This document shows, piece after piece, positions 11,561 through 24,309 of a stretch of 64,000 bases of DNA. The stretch comes from Lama guanicoe. Taxonomy: Eukaryota. The stretch spans positions 24,647,758-24,711,757 of the forward strand of contig MU056905.1 in the NCBI GenBank assembly GCA_013239625.1, read 5' to 3'. The notes under the pieces are model-generated. The model made no database searches. It was not told the DNA's origin and was given only the letters and a program-made list of their open reading frames with translations. Made by a program: the position numbers and the translations under genes. Every line of letters begins with the position of its first letter. The first letter of the stretch is position 1.

Positions 11561-12482
11561 AATGCTCTTTGAAGAATAAGGGAGAAGTGACCCTGAGGAC
11601 ACTGTGGATCAAGCACCGGACAGGGAGACCCATTATAAGCGACCCCTGCAGTGACTGTGGCCGGGTTAGGCTCAGACCTGAATCCAAGCGGGAAAAGGGG
11701 AAGGAATCTGTTGGTCTGAGAGATGCTAAAGAGTGGAAGGAACAGGACTCAGTACTCATTACACAGCTTTCTGTCCCACATCCTTGTTTCTCTCCCCTTT
11801 GGTGGGGGTGGGTGAGTGGGAGCGTGAGAAGAAGGGAGGGGAGTAGGCAGTAAAAGCCACGGGAAAGGAAGCAGCAGACTTGCTGCTGGGATAAGGTGTT
11901 TCTTTCTCTTCTTTCTGTAGATGCAGAAGTATCTCCCACATTCTGAAGCAGAGACATAAACAGATACAATTCATGGTCATCTTCCCCTACAACTGTTTTG
12001 TACCTCTTCCCCAAATATGCACATGTGCACACCTGTATGTTGGCCCTCTTTAACATTTTTTCACTTTTGTTTCCTTTATATATTCAATGTGATGTATATT
12101 TGGTGTGTATGTGTATTTGGGGGTGTGGGGTGGATGGGGTGAGGATGAGAGGTTTAGGGAGCCTAAGTTGAATAACAAAAAAGATTTTATTCCATTTAAT
12201 AAAGAATGTATGTTTTTTATTATATATATGTACACACATCATCTATCTGTCTGTCTGTCTTCCTATCTTTCTATCCATCCAACCATATAAGTTTTATGTC
12301 AGGATATTATCTATATTATTGAACCCCCCCCCCATTGTAGTTTCATGTGGAGAATTCTAATTTGAATCTGGCAGAGGTACTTCTAGAAGTCACAAATTCT
12401 ACGGTTACTGGTCAGGCAAGAATCAGTTTTGATGATCTCATTCATCTGTCAGATGTTAATTTAGAGCTTGCAAGGCAGATAC

Positions 12483-12926
12483 TGTGGTAGCTTTCTCAGA
12501 CCCAGTCTAAACTCCTTCCCCATGTTTCCTTCCATAGAAGTTGCAAATCTTCTCAAAATACTCACATTTTAGACTGCCTTAAAACTGTGGGTAGCCACAG
12601 AACACTGTTCTGGCCAACGAAACATAAGTAGGAAGACTTGCTTGAGATTTCTGACAAGGCCTTTGCTGTCTTGATGCAATGGACAGCGCCATCCACCTTT
12701 ATTTTATACCCTATCTTCCTTTTTCCTCCCTGGAATAAATGCGATGGCTGGAGCTCTAGCAGCCATGGTGTGATCATGAAGTAAGACCAAGAAAATTAGA
12801 GACTGTGGCCCTAATATCCTTCACTTGATAAATCAACACTAGCAATTACCTGTCATATTTCTTGCATTAGCCCTGACAGTTGGGTTTTCTGATACTTATA
12901 ACCAAATGCAATCCCTGACTGATACA
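12483..12926 (+). mobile_element. ERVL/MaLR-class LTR (LTR16/LTR33/MLT1-like)
   Basis: TG...CA termini (tgtggtag ... ctgactgataca); 'gatggctggagctctagcagccat' motif. Confidence 0.7.
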
Positions 12927-13909
12927 GGTAGGCATTGGGAAAATGGGAAACAGGATGGCATGGAGTCTTTACAGGAGTTGGAGCAGGGCATCTTTACAGG
13001 AGTTGGAGGCTTTAAGCATTGCCCTCCACAGACATGCCTTGGAAGCTCAGGGCTCATTTCCTTCCTGAGAAATCTGGAGTACAGAGACCAGTGAAACATA
13101 TTTCCAGCTATTAATGCAGAATCAGTGGCAACTCCAGTGTTAATCTTTCAGGCTGGAAATAACTTATACCCTGTCTCCACCAGACTGAATCTTTACTAAA
13201 ACAGCATTAATACCTATTTATATTTTTCTATCAATATTTCATAAATTTGAAGAGAAACTGCTTGAAAGAATTCAGATGATTTTTTCTCTGTGTGCTTTCA
13301 GAGCATCAATTATTGCTGGGGGGGGCACCTTCAGCATCTCCTAAAGCTGAAGTAAATTCCCTGTTCTAACTTTGAAGATTTTAGAAATACTAATAGTGGA
13401 ATGTATATGAATTATTACTTTCGCTTTAACACAGTGATACTTCCCTGAAGAGTAAACAAAAACCCCCATTCAACTCAAGAATGAATGATCTTTTTTTTTT
13501 TTTTTTGACTTGGGTCAGGGGTGTGAGTACAGGGTAGGAGGGATGTGTAAACTTCTTAATTGTTTTAAAGTCAGTTTCTCACCCAGTGAAGCATACAGAT
13601 AGGTGAAAGAAGAGTGTTACTGTAATATTTTAATGTGTTTTAAATAAATATTTCACATTTTCTAACTCATCTGATCCTTATAAAAATATTGCTTGGCAGG
13701 TAGGTTAATTATAACAATTGCCATTTTGTAGAGGGGGAAACCAAGCCATAAAGAACTTTTTTCTTTCTTCTCACCACTATGTTCTCACCACTCAGAACTG
13801 GTGTTACAATGGAGATCTATTGGTCATGTCTGTTACCTCACTGTCCTTCAAGCTTGGTAATTAAAAACAAAAACAAAAACTTGACCAACTACCCTCATTC
13901 TACTCTTGA

Positions 13910-13910
<1 letters not shown>

Positions 13911-13952
<42 letters not shown>
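13911..13952. repeat. (AAC)14 microsatellite
   Basis: Seen directly. Confidence 0.97.
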
Positions 13953-13953
<1 letters not shown>

Positions 13954-14149
13954 GCAACCAAAGAATGGAAGTATTTGTGAATCTATTTATATTTGCATCC
14001 AACTGAACCAGAATAGGAAAGAGGAAATGAAGGGAGGAAGGAGTATCAGAAGTAGCAACTATTGAATAGTTGTTGAAGGCTGAGAAGGTGTGGGAGGTAC
14101 AATATACCATCTCAGAGACCCTGGGCAAGAACTTTATCTGAGGGGCTTT

Positions 14150-14262
14150 ATTCACATCTTGTAAGTGGAGAGATAGTCTCAGAGAGGTTAGTAACTTGCC
14201 CAGGGTCAAACAGCTGGTATATCATGGAAGAGTGAACATACTCAGGAATATGTTTTCAAGGT
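14150..14262 (-). mobile_element. MIR SINE fragment
   Basis: 'ctcagagaggttagtaacttgcccagggtcaaacagctggta'. Confidence 0.8.
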
Positions 14263-14271
14263 CTATGATCT

Positions 14272-14640
14272 TGATAGACAAAGTGTGGTATATGCATACA
14301 ATGGAATATTATTCAGCCTTGAAAAGGGAAACATTGCCATTTGTTACAACATAGAAGAACCTGGAGGACATCATGCTAAGTGAAATATGCCAGTTACAGA
14401 AAGATAAACACTGCATGGTTCTCTTTATACAAGGTACCTAAAATAGCCAAACCCATAGAAGCAGAGACCAGAAGGGTGGTTGCCAGGGGCTGGGGGAGGG
14501 AGGAGAGGGAAATGGGGAATTGTTCAACTGCACAGTTATATAGTATGAATAAGTTCTATAGATCTGCTGTATGATATCATACCTACAGTTAACAGTACTG
14601 TATTGCCCACTGGGAAATTTGTTAAGAGAGTAGATCTCAC
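14272..14640 (+). mobile_element. L1 3' region (L1MA9/L1MB-like)
   Basis: 'tgtggtatatgcatacaatggaatattattcagcc...ggacatcatgctaagtgaaata...aatttgttaagagagtagatctc'. Confidence 0.9.
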
Positions 14641-14840
14641 TGTGGGGTGAAGGAGTGGGTCATGGCTCAAATGCCATACGGTCTTGATTTTGTTATCAGG
14701 ATTTATTAGATTTTCTTGAATAAAAATTTCTCCATTTTCTGTATGCCATTAGGACAATTTCTAGAGACTTCATATTATTTAAAAAATAAATGTCACCATG
14801 TATGGTTGTTTTGCTGGGAGGAAGATCGATGGAGTTCCTC

Positions 14841-14868
14841 ACACCACCACCATCATCATCATCATCAT
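14841..14868. repeat. (CAC)n(CAT)n short tandem repeat
   Basis: Seen directly. Confidence 0.85.
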
Positions 14869-15711
14869 TGTAAAGTGCTTCTTCTCAAATCTGATTTTAG
14901 TTCATCTCCATCATCTTATCACCCCCACCATGCACCTTTTCTTCAGATTCAGCTGTAACTTACAAGACCTGAAGTGGGGAGGAGTGTGGAATCTGCTTTT
15001 TCATGCTTCCTTCCACTTCCTTTTCTAGGTCTGGAAGGAAGGGTTAAGGGAATAAATGAATGAATTTTTTTTAATATAACTGGGTGGTTATAGCCTCTTT
15101 TCATAAATTCTTTCAGCTTCACCAGCTAAAGCAAATGGCTATTTGGTGCTCTCCATGGGGCAGCATTCAATGCTTGCTTTCTTTTTGGGTGTGTATGTGT
15201 GAGTTTTGTGGAGGGGACCGTAGGACGTCCCTACTGCATTTTTATCTGAGATTGGAGACCTATATCTCATCGGTAGGTGCTGTTTCCAGGCATTCCACAA
15301 GGTCTCCAAGTTAATCTTAGGAAACCGTGTGCTCTATGCAGTAGCTAGGACAAGGATCTTTCCAAGAGTCAGTCGAAGATGAATGCCTCATTTCCAAAGA
15401 TCCACCCTACCTGAGTTCTCCCTTTTGGTGGGGCCTAACTGTTAAGTGTTTGATAGTGCTTGATAACAGAACTTCATTTTAATTTAGTACCAGAATATAG
15501 GGGATTTTAATGGTGCAGAATTAAATCAAGTCTAATTCTTAAAATCAATGACAAAGAAAGGATAGATATGTTATCATCAAATTAATTGTAACTTTAAGAC
15601 CAGGTTTAACAGAGATGAAAACTGCATTCCCATTATTGAAGTGTTTCTTAACCATGCAAGAGTAATTCTCAGATTCACTATACTATGTAAAATACTTTAT
15701 CTTTTCTTACT

Positions 15712-15920
15712 TGGAGGAAGGTCAGCCTTTTTGTTCTATTCAAGTCTTCAACTGATTGGATGAAATCCACCACATTAGGGAGGGCAATCTGTTTTTCTGT
15801 CTACTCATTTAAATGTTCCTCTCATCCAAAAAACGCCCTCACAGAAACACCCAGAATAATGCTAATCAAATATCCGGGGTACCTTGTGGTCGAGTCAAGT
15901 TGACACATTAAAAACCATTA
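15712..15920 (-). mobile_element. MLT2 LTR partial
   Basis: 'actgattggatga...gggagggcaatctg...ccctcacagaaacacccagaataatg...gtcaagttgacacattaaaaaccatta'. Confidence 0.85.
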
Positions 15921-16180
15921 AGCTCCCTCTCTCTTTTCTTCCCTTCTTGTCCCCTCCCTCGCTTCTTCCTGGCTATAACTGCCCAGAGTGCTTCCATTGC
16001 ACTAAGCTGGGGTACAGAGTGTATGAGCAGGTTGTGACTCAAAAGCTATTGATTTTTACTGTTCTTATCCAGATTTATTAGATTTTTCTTCAATAAATGT
16101 CTCTCCATTTGCTGTATGCTGTTAGGACAATTTCTAGGGACTTTAAAATTTTAAATCTGTTGGATAAAATGGAGTCCATT

Positions 16181-16273
16181 CTCCCTCTCTCCCTCCCTCT
16201 CTTCCTCCCTTCTCACTGGAATTCCTTCCTTCCTTCCTTCCTTCCTTCCTTCCTTCCTTCCTTCCTTCCTTCC
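16181..16273. repeat. (TTCC)n microsatellite and pyrimidine tract
   Basis: Seen directly. Confidence 0.95.
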
Positions 16274-17094
16274 TGCAACACATGTTTATTGGGACCTCTA
16301 GTCCTGCCACAGTCACATTAAGAGAAAAATAACTTATCCAACCATTCTTGTTTTTCAAACTCATTGGGGAAATAAGATTGGAGATCCAAGAACTCTGGAT
16401 GTGGAAACTGAATGTCAGCCCTTGGATTTTCAGTGGAAAGTGTGACCTGGGAAAGAGGCTTATATAGGTCAGCATCAGACAAGGTCTTTTTATAACAGAA
16501 TGTTTGCTTCAAAATCCCCTGCATTCTGTGCCTTAGAGGAGTATATACTTTGGTTAAAATTATGGATTTATTGATTTCAGTGTTCCATAGTCTGGATTTG
16601 GTGCCAATTTTAAGATTTTAATTCTTTTAAATTAATGTATATAATATATACGATTGCCTTTTCTTTTAATGCTTTTAAGTATTGGTCTAAAGCAGTAACC
16701 AAGTGACTATAATTTTTGTCTTTTCCTAAGAGTGAGTTTTTGTTATTTGATATTTTGTTTTTTGAATATTCTGTGTGCCTAGACATAGCTAAAATTTCAA
16801 TTTATAGGTATTATACATTGTGTGTCTTAAAGTAGTGATTTGTTTAGATTTTCCTTGTAAATTATTTGTGTTCCTACATCAGAAAATTGAATAATGATTT
16901 TGTAGTTTATTTATTAAAAATAGTTGAAATAATTGTTTTGAAACTAATGGGAGAATAACCATCTCTAATTCAATATGTTAATCATGGATACTTCTGAGGA
17001 ATATTTTGGAATCAAAGTATCAAGAATAATTACTAGCTCCTGAAGCAATGGACAGTCAATATGTGTGTTTGTACGTGTGTGTGTGTGTTTATGT

Positions 17095-17300
17095 TCAATC
17101 CAAGAAATGGAGATTAAGTGCCCTCTATGTCCAGGAATCTGTGCCAGAGACACAAAAGTCAGCCATCAGCTTTCAGTTTACTTGGAGGGTGGGGAACATA
17201 TAACTAAGATGATGGAAAGTCTAAGAAAGTACCTTGAGAGGTCAGAATAAATACTATGGAGTTTCAGAGAGGATAGTAAATGCAATTTGTTGGAGAGTCC
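17095..17300 (-). mobile_element. L2 fragment
   Basis: 'attaagtgccctctatgtccaggaatctgtgccag' antisense L2 3' end. Confidence 0.6.
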
Positions 17301-17419
17301 AGGATATGCCCAAGAGAGGCAATACTGAGATTAGAAATATATATACTTTGAGTAGGAGTTTATTGCTTCTGCTTCCATGTTGTTTGCATCTCCATTGCAG
17401 TATTTGTTTTGTTCAGCTT

Positions 17420-17580
17420 TAGCATACTTCATGATTTGTATTTGCTTATCTGACTAGTTTTAAAGCTTCTTGAGGACAGGGACCTTGTCATAATCATATT
17501 TGCTCCAAATGCCTGCCACTCCTTTGCCTCCTTTCATCTCATTCCCATGGTAGTTGCTAAACAAATGTTTAATTAAATTT
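17420..17580 (+). mobile_element. L2 3' fragment
   Basis: 'actagttttaaagcttcttgaggacagggaccttgtc'. Confidence 0.65.
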
Positions 17581-19006
17581 AGCACTACTATGAAGAGAAA
17601 ATTATGTGGAAGCTCTGAGCTTTAATCTGTGTGAGTCAAAATTCCTTTGATAAGAGGGTTCCAGATTAACAGATAAATCCTATGAAGTAATTAACACTTT
17701 TCTCTGAAAAGCAGTTAGGGTCCAGATAGAGATTAGGTAGGAAGCTATGAACATTTTTTGAGTAGCAAAGGGGATGTGGCAGGGTATCTTTGCTTATAGA
17801 CACGCAGGAGGTAAAAGGTAAGTGGTGCTTGTAATAATTAAATAGTGACTGATGTACTTGGTTTGTACCCATGAGTATAGATTTAACTCCTGCTCTGGAT
17901 TAAGTAGAGTGTTCACCTACCTATGCAAGGCTGTGTTAAAAGGTGTGAGGAGATAAAGAAACCCAGGTTTATCCCCTTAAGGAGGTTTTCAAAATACATT
18001 TACATCAGAAACATATTATCGCCATTGTTTCTCTTGCTCTGCCTTTCTAGTTTCTCATTAGTTGATTCTCACTATCCAGCATCAGCTATATCCTGATTCT
18101 TAAGCTAATCTTGAGTGAGGCAGAAATATAGCCTCATTTTCACTATTTAGGAGAACTTGAAACTGAATCTCACTCTTGGGCCTGGGATCCAGGATCCACG
18201 ACACAGCAACCAGCCAAGGATCCTGGCCCATGTTGCTACCTTGTGTCTTAGCAGTTAGATTTGGAAGGGACACAGTTTTGTCATCACATGGCTGGGGTTA
18301 CAGTATTTGCTACTCTATTTCTTCTATCTTGTCTGGCACCTTCCTTTCCCTGGGCTTTGGCCTTACCCCGACTCTTCTGTCAGCCATATCCCTCTGCTCA
18401 TTTACTCTGGCTCTCTGGCCTCAAACATCAACCTGCTTTGTTCCTTCCAGTCTCTTTCCCTGAGGGTCAGGGTGTCATCCTGGGATATCAGACTGTAGGC
18501 CCCATATCTATAGGGAATGTATAGATCTCCCAGCAGTGCCATTACTGTTCTCTTCCATTACCCAAGAATTCTTGCTCTCCTCCTTTTTGAACTTGCTGTC
18601 ATGTACACTCTGTCAGACCAGCTCACTCAGCGGTGACAGTATCTTGAATTGTGCTGAGTTTTCTGGACTCTTTGGATTTAAGTCTAGAGTATCCAGTGGC
18701 CTTTCCCTGGACCATTCTCTGTAGGTGGACCAGATTCTGTGCTACCCCCATCTCCATTCTTACCCTCTCTTGTTTCTCTCTTCTTTCTTTCAGTTTCATG
18801 TTTCTGAGGTCTCTTCATACTTAAAGCTCAAGTGCAGGTAGGTATTGCCAAATTGATCTTCTTAAATTGATGCCAAATTGATCTTCTTGTATTAAATAAT
18901 GCTTCTAATTTAGTTAAAACAATTTTCTTAGGCAGTACACACACATTCATTTGTAAATCCATCCTCTTTAAGTATTAACTTTGTGTCCAAATGTTGGTAT
19001 TTCTTT

Positions 19007-19097
19007 TCATCCATCCATCAATCCATCAATCCATCCACCCACCCATCCACCCATCCATCCATCCATCCATCCATCCATCCATCCATCTTTCCATCCA
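19007..19097. repeat. (CCAT)n microsatellite
   Basis: Seen directly. Confidence 0.95.
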
Positions 19098-19354
19098 ACA
19101 GATATTTAGCAATAAATTACTGAACTTAAGCCATCTGGCTCAATTGATGATTGACAAATTTAAGCCATACAAAAACTCTGAAGATAAAACTCTTCTAGCT
19201 TCAGAGTTTCTATGATGACAACACAGATTCTTTAACTTTCCTGCTGTATAATTATGAGTTATAAATTCTAGGCCATGAAAGTAACTTTGAGTCTAAGCAT
19301 ATTTTAAGTTCAAGTAATAAAAATATGATCTCTACTCTGTTATATGGGATTTTA

Positions 19355-19562
19355 AAGATAACTGGTATGTGTCAGGTACTTTACATACTTTATAAGATAG
19401 GCTTATCATTATCCACAATTTAAGATATGAAAATAAAAAATGGAGGCTCAGAGAAAATTAAGTAACTTGTCCAAAGTCAATTGTCGTACAGCAGTGGAGA
19501 GAGATTGTAAGTTAAGTATTTCTAGGTCTAAAGTCCATGTTCTTACATGTCACCATATCACC
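19355..19562 (-). mobile_element. MIR SINE
   Basis: 'ggaggctcagagaaaattaagtaacttgtccaaagtca'. Confidence 0.8.
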
Positions 19563-20334
19563 TCTCTAATATTTAATAAAGATTAAAAGCAACCTTTGAA
19601 TTTTTATCATATTATTCTATTAGAATAGTCTATTTTTTTCTTTAGAAAATGGTTGCTTTTTTTACTCACCCTGATAAATCTGTCCTTACAAGGTAATGTT
19701 ACATGGTCATCTCCAACCCCAGGTCTGCCCCCAGTATTTGTTTAGTATTTAAATAATCAGGAAATACAGCTATAGAAAGTGTTTGACCAGTAACAAGAAA
19801 ACACATGGCTTCACTTCTGCTCAGGAACTCAGCTTGTGGTGCAGTATCTCTGCCTCTCACTCAGATATTGAAAGCTCTGAATTTTTACCAAATTGTAACA
19901 TGCCCTCTACATGGTCTCCCAGCCCGTGGCAGAAAGAGGTGATGATGAAGGTGTATAACTTCAAGAAGTCATAGCTGCTGTGTTTTGATGGGAGAAAGTG
20001 GGAAAGCTATAATAGCAGGCAAAGGGGCTAAGAAGACAGTATTTAAGAGACCATTTATGTCAGACACTAGCAATACCTGCCTCAGCAAGGCGTCGTTGTA
20101 TGATAATTGCCTCTTTACAACCGTTTTGAAGGGAGCTGGTGCATAGGGACACACATAATGATGACTTTAAGAACCAAGTAAAAAATTAAAATATATTTCA
20201 GTTCTTTCTCCTGGAAAGCAGGAAAGTGCATACTGCTTATAAAAGTGCTGAAATCCAAAATGAGTTTTGGGCTTCAAGGAATAAGCGTCTATTATCCAAA
20301 AAATTTACTCATTTAGAATATGCATCCCAGTGCC

Positions 20335-20510
20335 ATTTTTACCCTCTCTCACGACCTTAGGAAAGTTATTCAGTTTCTCATAGACTGTTCCTTTCTCTGT
20401 CAAATGAAGCTAACAATAATAATGATGGGTTGGTTGTGAGGATTAAATTAGATAAGTGCTAACACAACTCCCAACATGTAGTAAGTACAGAGAAAAGAGT
20501 TTGCTATTGA
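20335..20510 (+). mobile_element. MIR SINE
   Basis: 'ggttgtgaggattaaattagataa'. Confidence 0.7.
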
Positions 20511-20749
20511 ATTTCAGGTTCTGTCCATCTACATTTGGCCTATGTTTTCACTCAGATTTATGGGTTTAGATTTTGCATTTTAGAGTTTAAGAAAATTCAC
20601 CTGCAGAGATGTGTTTAATAGGGAGTTTGCTCACAGTATCTTGAGATCCATCCTTGTCTGAGTCCCTTATCACTTCTTACAGTTGCATGAGACTCAGTTG
20701 TGTTCCTCATCTCTTTTTTTTCTCGCCTAGTCACTCTGCAGGAACCACA

Positions 20750-20880
20750 TGGCAGCCATGATCTAGTTTAAAGAGCACTAGGCCAGCCTCTAGAAACCCA
20801 GATTTCACTTTTCATTTTTTTCTATGCCAGTAACTCACTGTGTGAACTCGGGTAAGCAGCTTAACTTCTCTGGGCTTTTT
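20750..20880 (+). mobile_element. MIR SINE 5' fragment
   Basis: 'taactcactgtgtgaactcgggtaagcagcttaacttctctgggc'. Confidence 0.65.
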
Positions 20881-20984
20881 CAGTCTGAGTTACTCCCTAA
20901 TATTCATATCACCTCCTTTTATAGCATTTTCTATCAGTCTTTGGGACTATTCAAATGCCTTCTTTGGATAAATTTAAATATATG

Positions 20985-21205
20985 CATAGTATAGTGTTTA
21001 AGTATATGGACTCTGGGGTCAGTCTGACTGGCTCCGACATTTACTAGCTCTGAGTGTAGACAAGTTACCTAATTTGTCTGTGCCTTGTTCTACTTATTTA
21101 TAAAATGGGGATAAAAGTATCTACTTTATAGATTTGCTATAAGAATTTTAAAAAATTACTAATATACACACAGCATTTGAAATCTTGCCTAGCATACAGT
21201 ATAAG
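20985..21205 (+). mobile_element. MIR SINE, near full length
   Basis: 'gtatagtgtttaagtatatggactctgggg...atttactagc...ataaaatggggataaaag'. Confidence 0.85.
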
Positions 21206-21209
21206 CCCC

Positions 21210-21835
21210 AGAAGGGATATGGAGATGAATACAGTTTTAAAGAGCTGGCAATTTAGTCGGGGAGATTAAAGCATATACCAGTAACAAGGAGAAGTATGAT
21301 ACATATTCAATAGAGGAGAAATTGTAGAACCTGGTGGAGCATGGAGGAAGGAGCAATTAATTTCAACTGGAAGGACCAGGGACCAGGGAAGGCCTCATGA
21401 ATTAGGTCAACTGTGATCTGGTCATGGAGGAGTGAGCTGGATGTCCAGGGAGTGATTTCTTGATGGAAGAAACAAAAGGTATCAGGTGAGAAAACACAGA
21501 AAGTACCTGATGTGCAGCTCTCTTTAGCTGCAATATTGACACTGAATAAAAGTGTGAACTGGGACATGAAGGTGGGAGAGCTGCCTGGGATTAGACCAAC
21601 AAGAGGTTTAATGCTTTGCTAAGCGGTGCTGAGTGGACTCTACGGGCAACAGGAAACATTGAAGGCTGTTGAAACGATATGTTCCCATGTGTCAGGTTGA
21701 AAAAAAAAGACTCAGGTGATTCTGTCAAGGAGAAATGAGAGGAGAGGGAAACTGGAGTCAGGGAGAACGGTGAGGGGCCATTAGTGAGAGATTCTGAGGG
21801 TCTAAATTGGAGAAGTGGTTGGGGGTGAAGAGAAG
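21210..21835 (-). mobile_element. L2 fragment
   Basis: 'gggatatggagatgaatacag...gagcatggaggaaggagcaattaa...gggcaacaggaaacattgaagg' antisense L2. Confidence 0.75.
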
Positions 21836-22751
21836 GGCTAGAACTGAGAGCTGGGAAGGTAGATGTTGTCTTGTAAATTCTCCTACCTGCTCATTGTTCC
21901 TTTTCCTCCACTCTCTGGTTCCTCCTGTCCACCATCCCTGGTTCTGTGGAATTCTCACTACGGTGATCCTGCCGTAGTCAGAAACCCACATGTATCTATT
22001 ATGCATAGGATGGGATGGCAACACCTCCGTGAGCTAGGAAGCCAGCAGCTTTTATTCCTACTTATTTAAGGTGGGGGATATTTTAGAAGCAGAAAACAAC
22101 CATGCAGCAGATAGATTTTGTTTAATTGAGAGACCTCCAAGCAATACTTCATCTGAAAGTCTTCCTTTTCTTGCAGGAAACCAAACTGTTGAGAAGTGTA
22201 TCTGAACTTCTTCGTTATGTGTCTGCAATGGATATTGTGTAGCAGGGATTTTTGTGAGGGACATACTATAAGGCAGCATCTGTAGTATGAAGAACATTGT
22301 CTTTCATCATTGCCTGGGTTTGTGTAGCAGCGAGTCGAAAAGGGAACACCTAGGTCAGTAGGAATAACTCTATCGATGGATCTGTGCACCACAAGACAGA
22401 TGTTCTCTTCACTTGAAAGAATGCATTTTAAACAATTAAAGGTCGTGGGGATTCTCTTTGATTAGTTATACCTGGTTTGACAAAAAAGGTGAACTTCGTG
22501 ACTCTGTGTGACATATGAGCACTGATGAAACAGAATAACAAAAGGAGAAGATCAGAACCAGGTAGAAACGTAAAGTAAAGTTAATTTTAGAGTGACGACA
22601 ATGCTCTGATGAGAAGAGTTTGTTAGTGAAGCCCAGAATCCTCCTGTAGCAATGATTCTGCATTGACGCAAATGAGCATTTATGTAAAATATATACATCT
22701 ATACATACAGATACATACAACAGAGCAAAACATATGCATGGATGTCAGTGA

Positions 22752-22935
22752 TGAACGATTCACTCAACAGATGTTTATTTAACACTTACTGTGTACTAGG
22801 CACTCTCCTAGGTACTGAGGATTAAACAGTCAACAAAAACAGACCAAGTCCAGAAGGGCTGATGTTCTAGTAAGAGAGACAGACAATAAATATATATTGA
22901 ATCAGGAGATGATAAGCACTAAGAACAAAAATAGA
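22752..22935 (-). mobile_element. L2a 3' end
   Basis: 'attcactcaacagatgtttatttaacacttactgtgtactaggcactctcctaggtactgagga'. Confidence 0.85.
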
Positions 22936-23771
22936 GAACATGTTAAGGCAGAGGGCCCCCTTGGATTTTATTCTGTATGAGGTGGGAAGCTTTTAGAAGC
23001 ATATTATTAGTATGTTATATTAACCACATAGACTTAATTTTATGACTTGTGTCTGGTTCTTCATGATCCTGTTTTTGCATTTATAAATTCCTAAAATAAG
23101 AGCTGTTCCCATCTAGTCCTCTTCTGTTTTGTTTGCTTTCTTCACAACAGTGCCCCAGCACACTGTGAAGGCCGTTCTGGGTTCTGTCCTGCATCCCGCC
23201 ACTGTATCCTTGGGTAACTTTGGTAGAACACCCTTACTCAGTTCTCCTATCAGAAAAATAGGAATACTCTCACCAAACTCACCTTGCTAATAATATAACA
23301 AGAAAAAAAGAAATAAAACAATGTTCAAACTCATAATATTGTAATATTCCTTATCTTTACACAAAGCTTAGCATGTGGTAGGTACACAATAAAAGCTTGT
23401 GGACTTGAATTAGAGAGGTAAAATGAGAGGATATGTAAAATGTTTTCCAAGTGTCTTTAGAGCTAATATAATTTTATTCTCTTAGCTCAAAAGATAACTC
23501 TTTCTGGGGAGCATCACTCTCAATACCCAGAAAGTGAATTATTTTCGTTTTCATAATGCTCATGTGATATTCTTTGACGAGTTTATTACTTAAACTAGAG
23601 AATGAGATGGTTCATTCTGTTTAGATTTGTACTTTTGATGGTGTGACAGATAATAGATATTTAATCATTCCTTTCACGAAGTTTAGCCAAGAATTTTAAA
23701 ACATGCCTTCTCTTATAAAGCCTTGCAGAATATTCCATGATACTTCTTTTATGTACTTTGAGTCTAGCTTT

Positions 23772-24283
23772 CGTGGTAAACTGTTTGCAAAAATGATCAG
23801 GAATTCTCCCTCTTCCTACATGCATGTCCTTTTGTGACGTGACTTGGTAGCAACTCCCATCAAGAGGTATCAATTTCTCTAACCCTTGAATCTGGGCTTG
23901 CCCTTGTGACTTGCTTTGCCAGTGGGACATTAGCACATGTGGTACATTTAGAGCTTTCAAAAGTACAGCACATAGGACCCTCCCTTGCTGCTCTTGGTAA
24001 CCCTGTGACCACTACCATGTGGACAAGCTCAGGCTAACCTGCTGGATAATGAGTAACATATGGCCAGTTACCTTTTTTGCTGCTGGCAACAGCTGGCCAA
24101 CCACAAGACATGCCAGTAAGACTCTTGTCAGCTAGCTGACACATGCTTGAGCCTGACCCACAACATGTGGACCAGAGATGAACCATCCCGGCTGAGCTGA
24201 ACCCAAATTGCTAATCCACAGAATTCTGAGCAAGTAAATGTTTTAAGTGCTAAGTTTGGGACAGAAAAAATCTAACTGATACA
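23772..24283 (+). mobile_element. MaLR LTR (MLT1F/G/H-like)
   Basis: 'ctcccatcaagagg...cccttgaatctgggcttgcccttgtgacttgctttg'; ends 'ctaactgataca'. Confidence 0.85.
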
Positions 24284-24309
24284 GTTCATACCCCTATTTG
24301 TTTATATTT

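Noticed and set aside
11508-12056. Longest ORF in the track (182 aa, minus strand)
   Set aside because: Non-ATG start, runs into a (TATG)n repeat, no recognisable domain; expected by chance
12681-12690. GGACAGCGCC, REST/RE1 right half-site
   Set aside because: Left half (TTCAGCACC) is absent and the site lies inside an LTR
13779-14209. Poly-Asn and poly-Leu ORFs (also poly-His at 14716)
   Set aside because: Translations of microsatellites
18178-18229. Imperfect inverted repeat gggcctgggatcc / ggatcctggccc
   Set aside because: Stem too short and loop too large for a pre-miRNA
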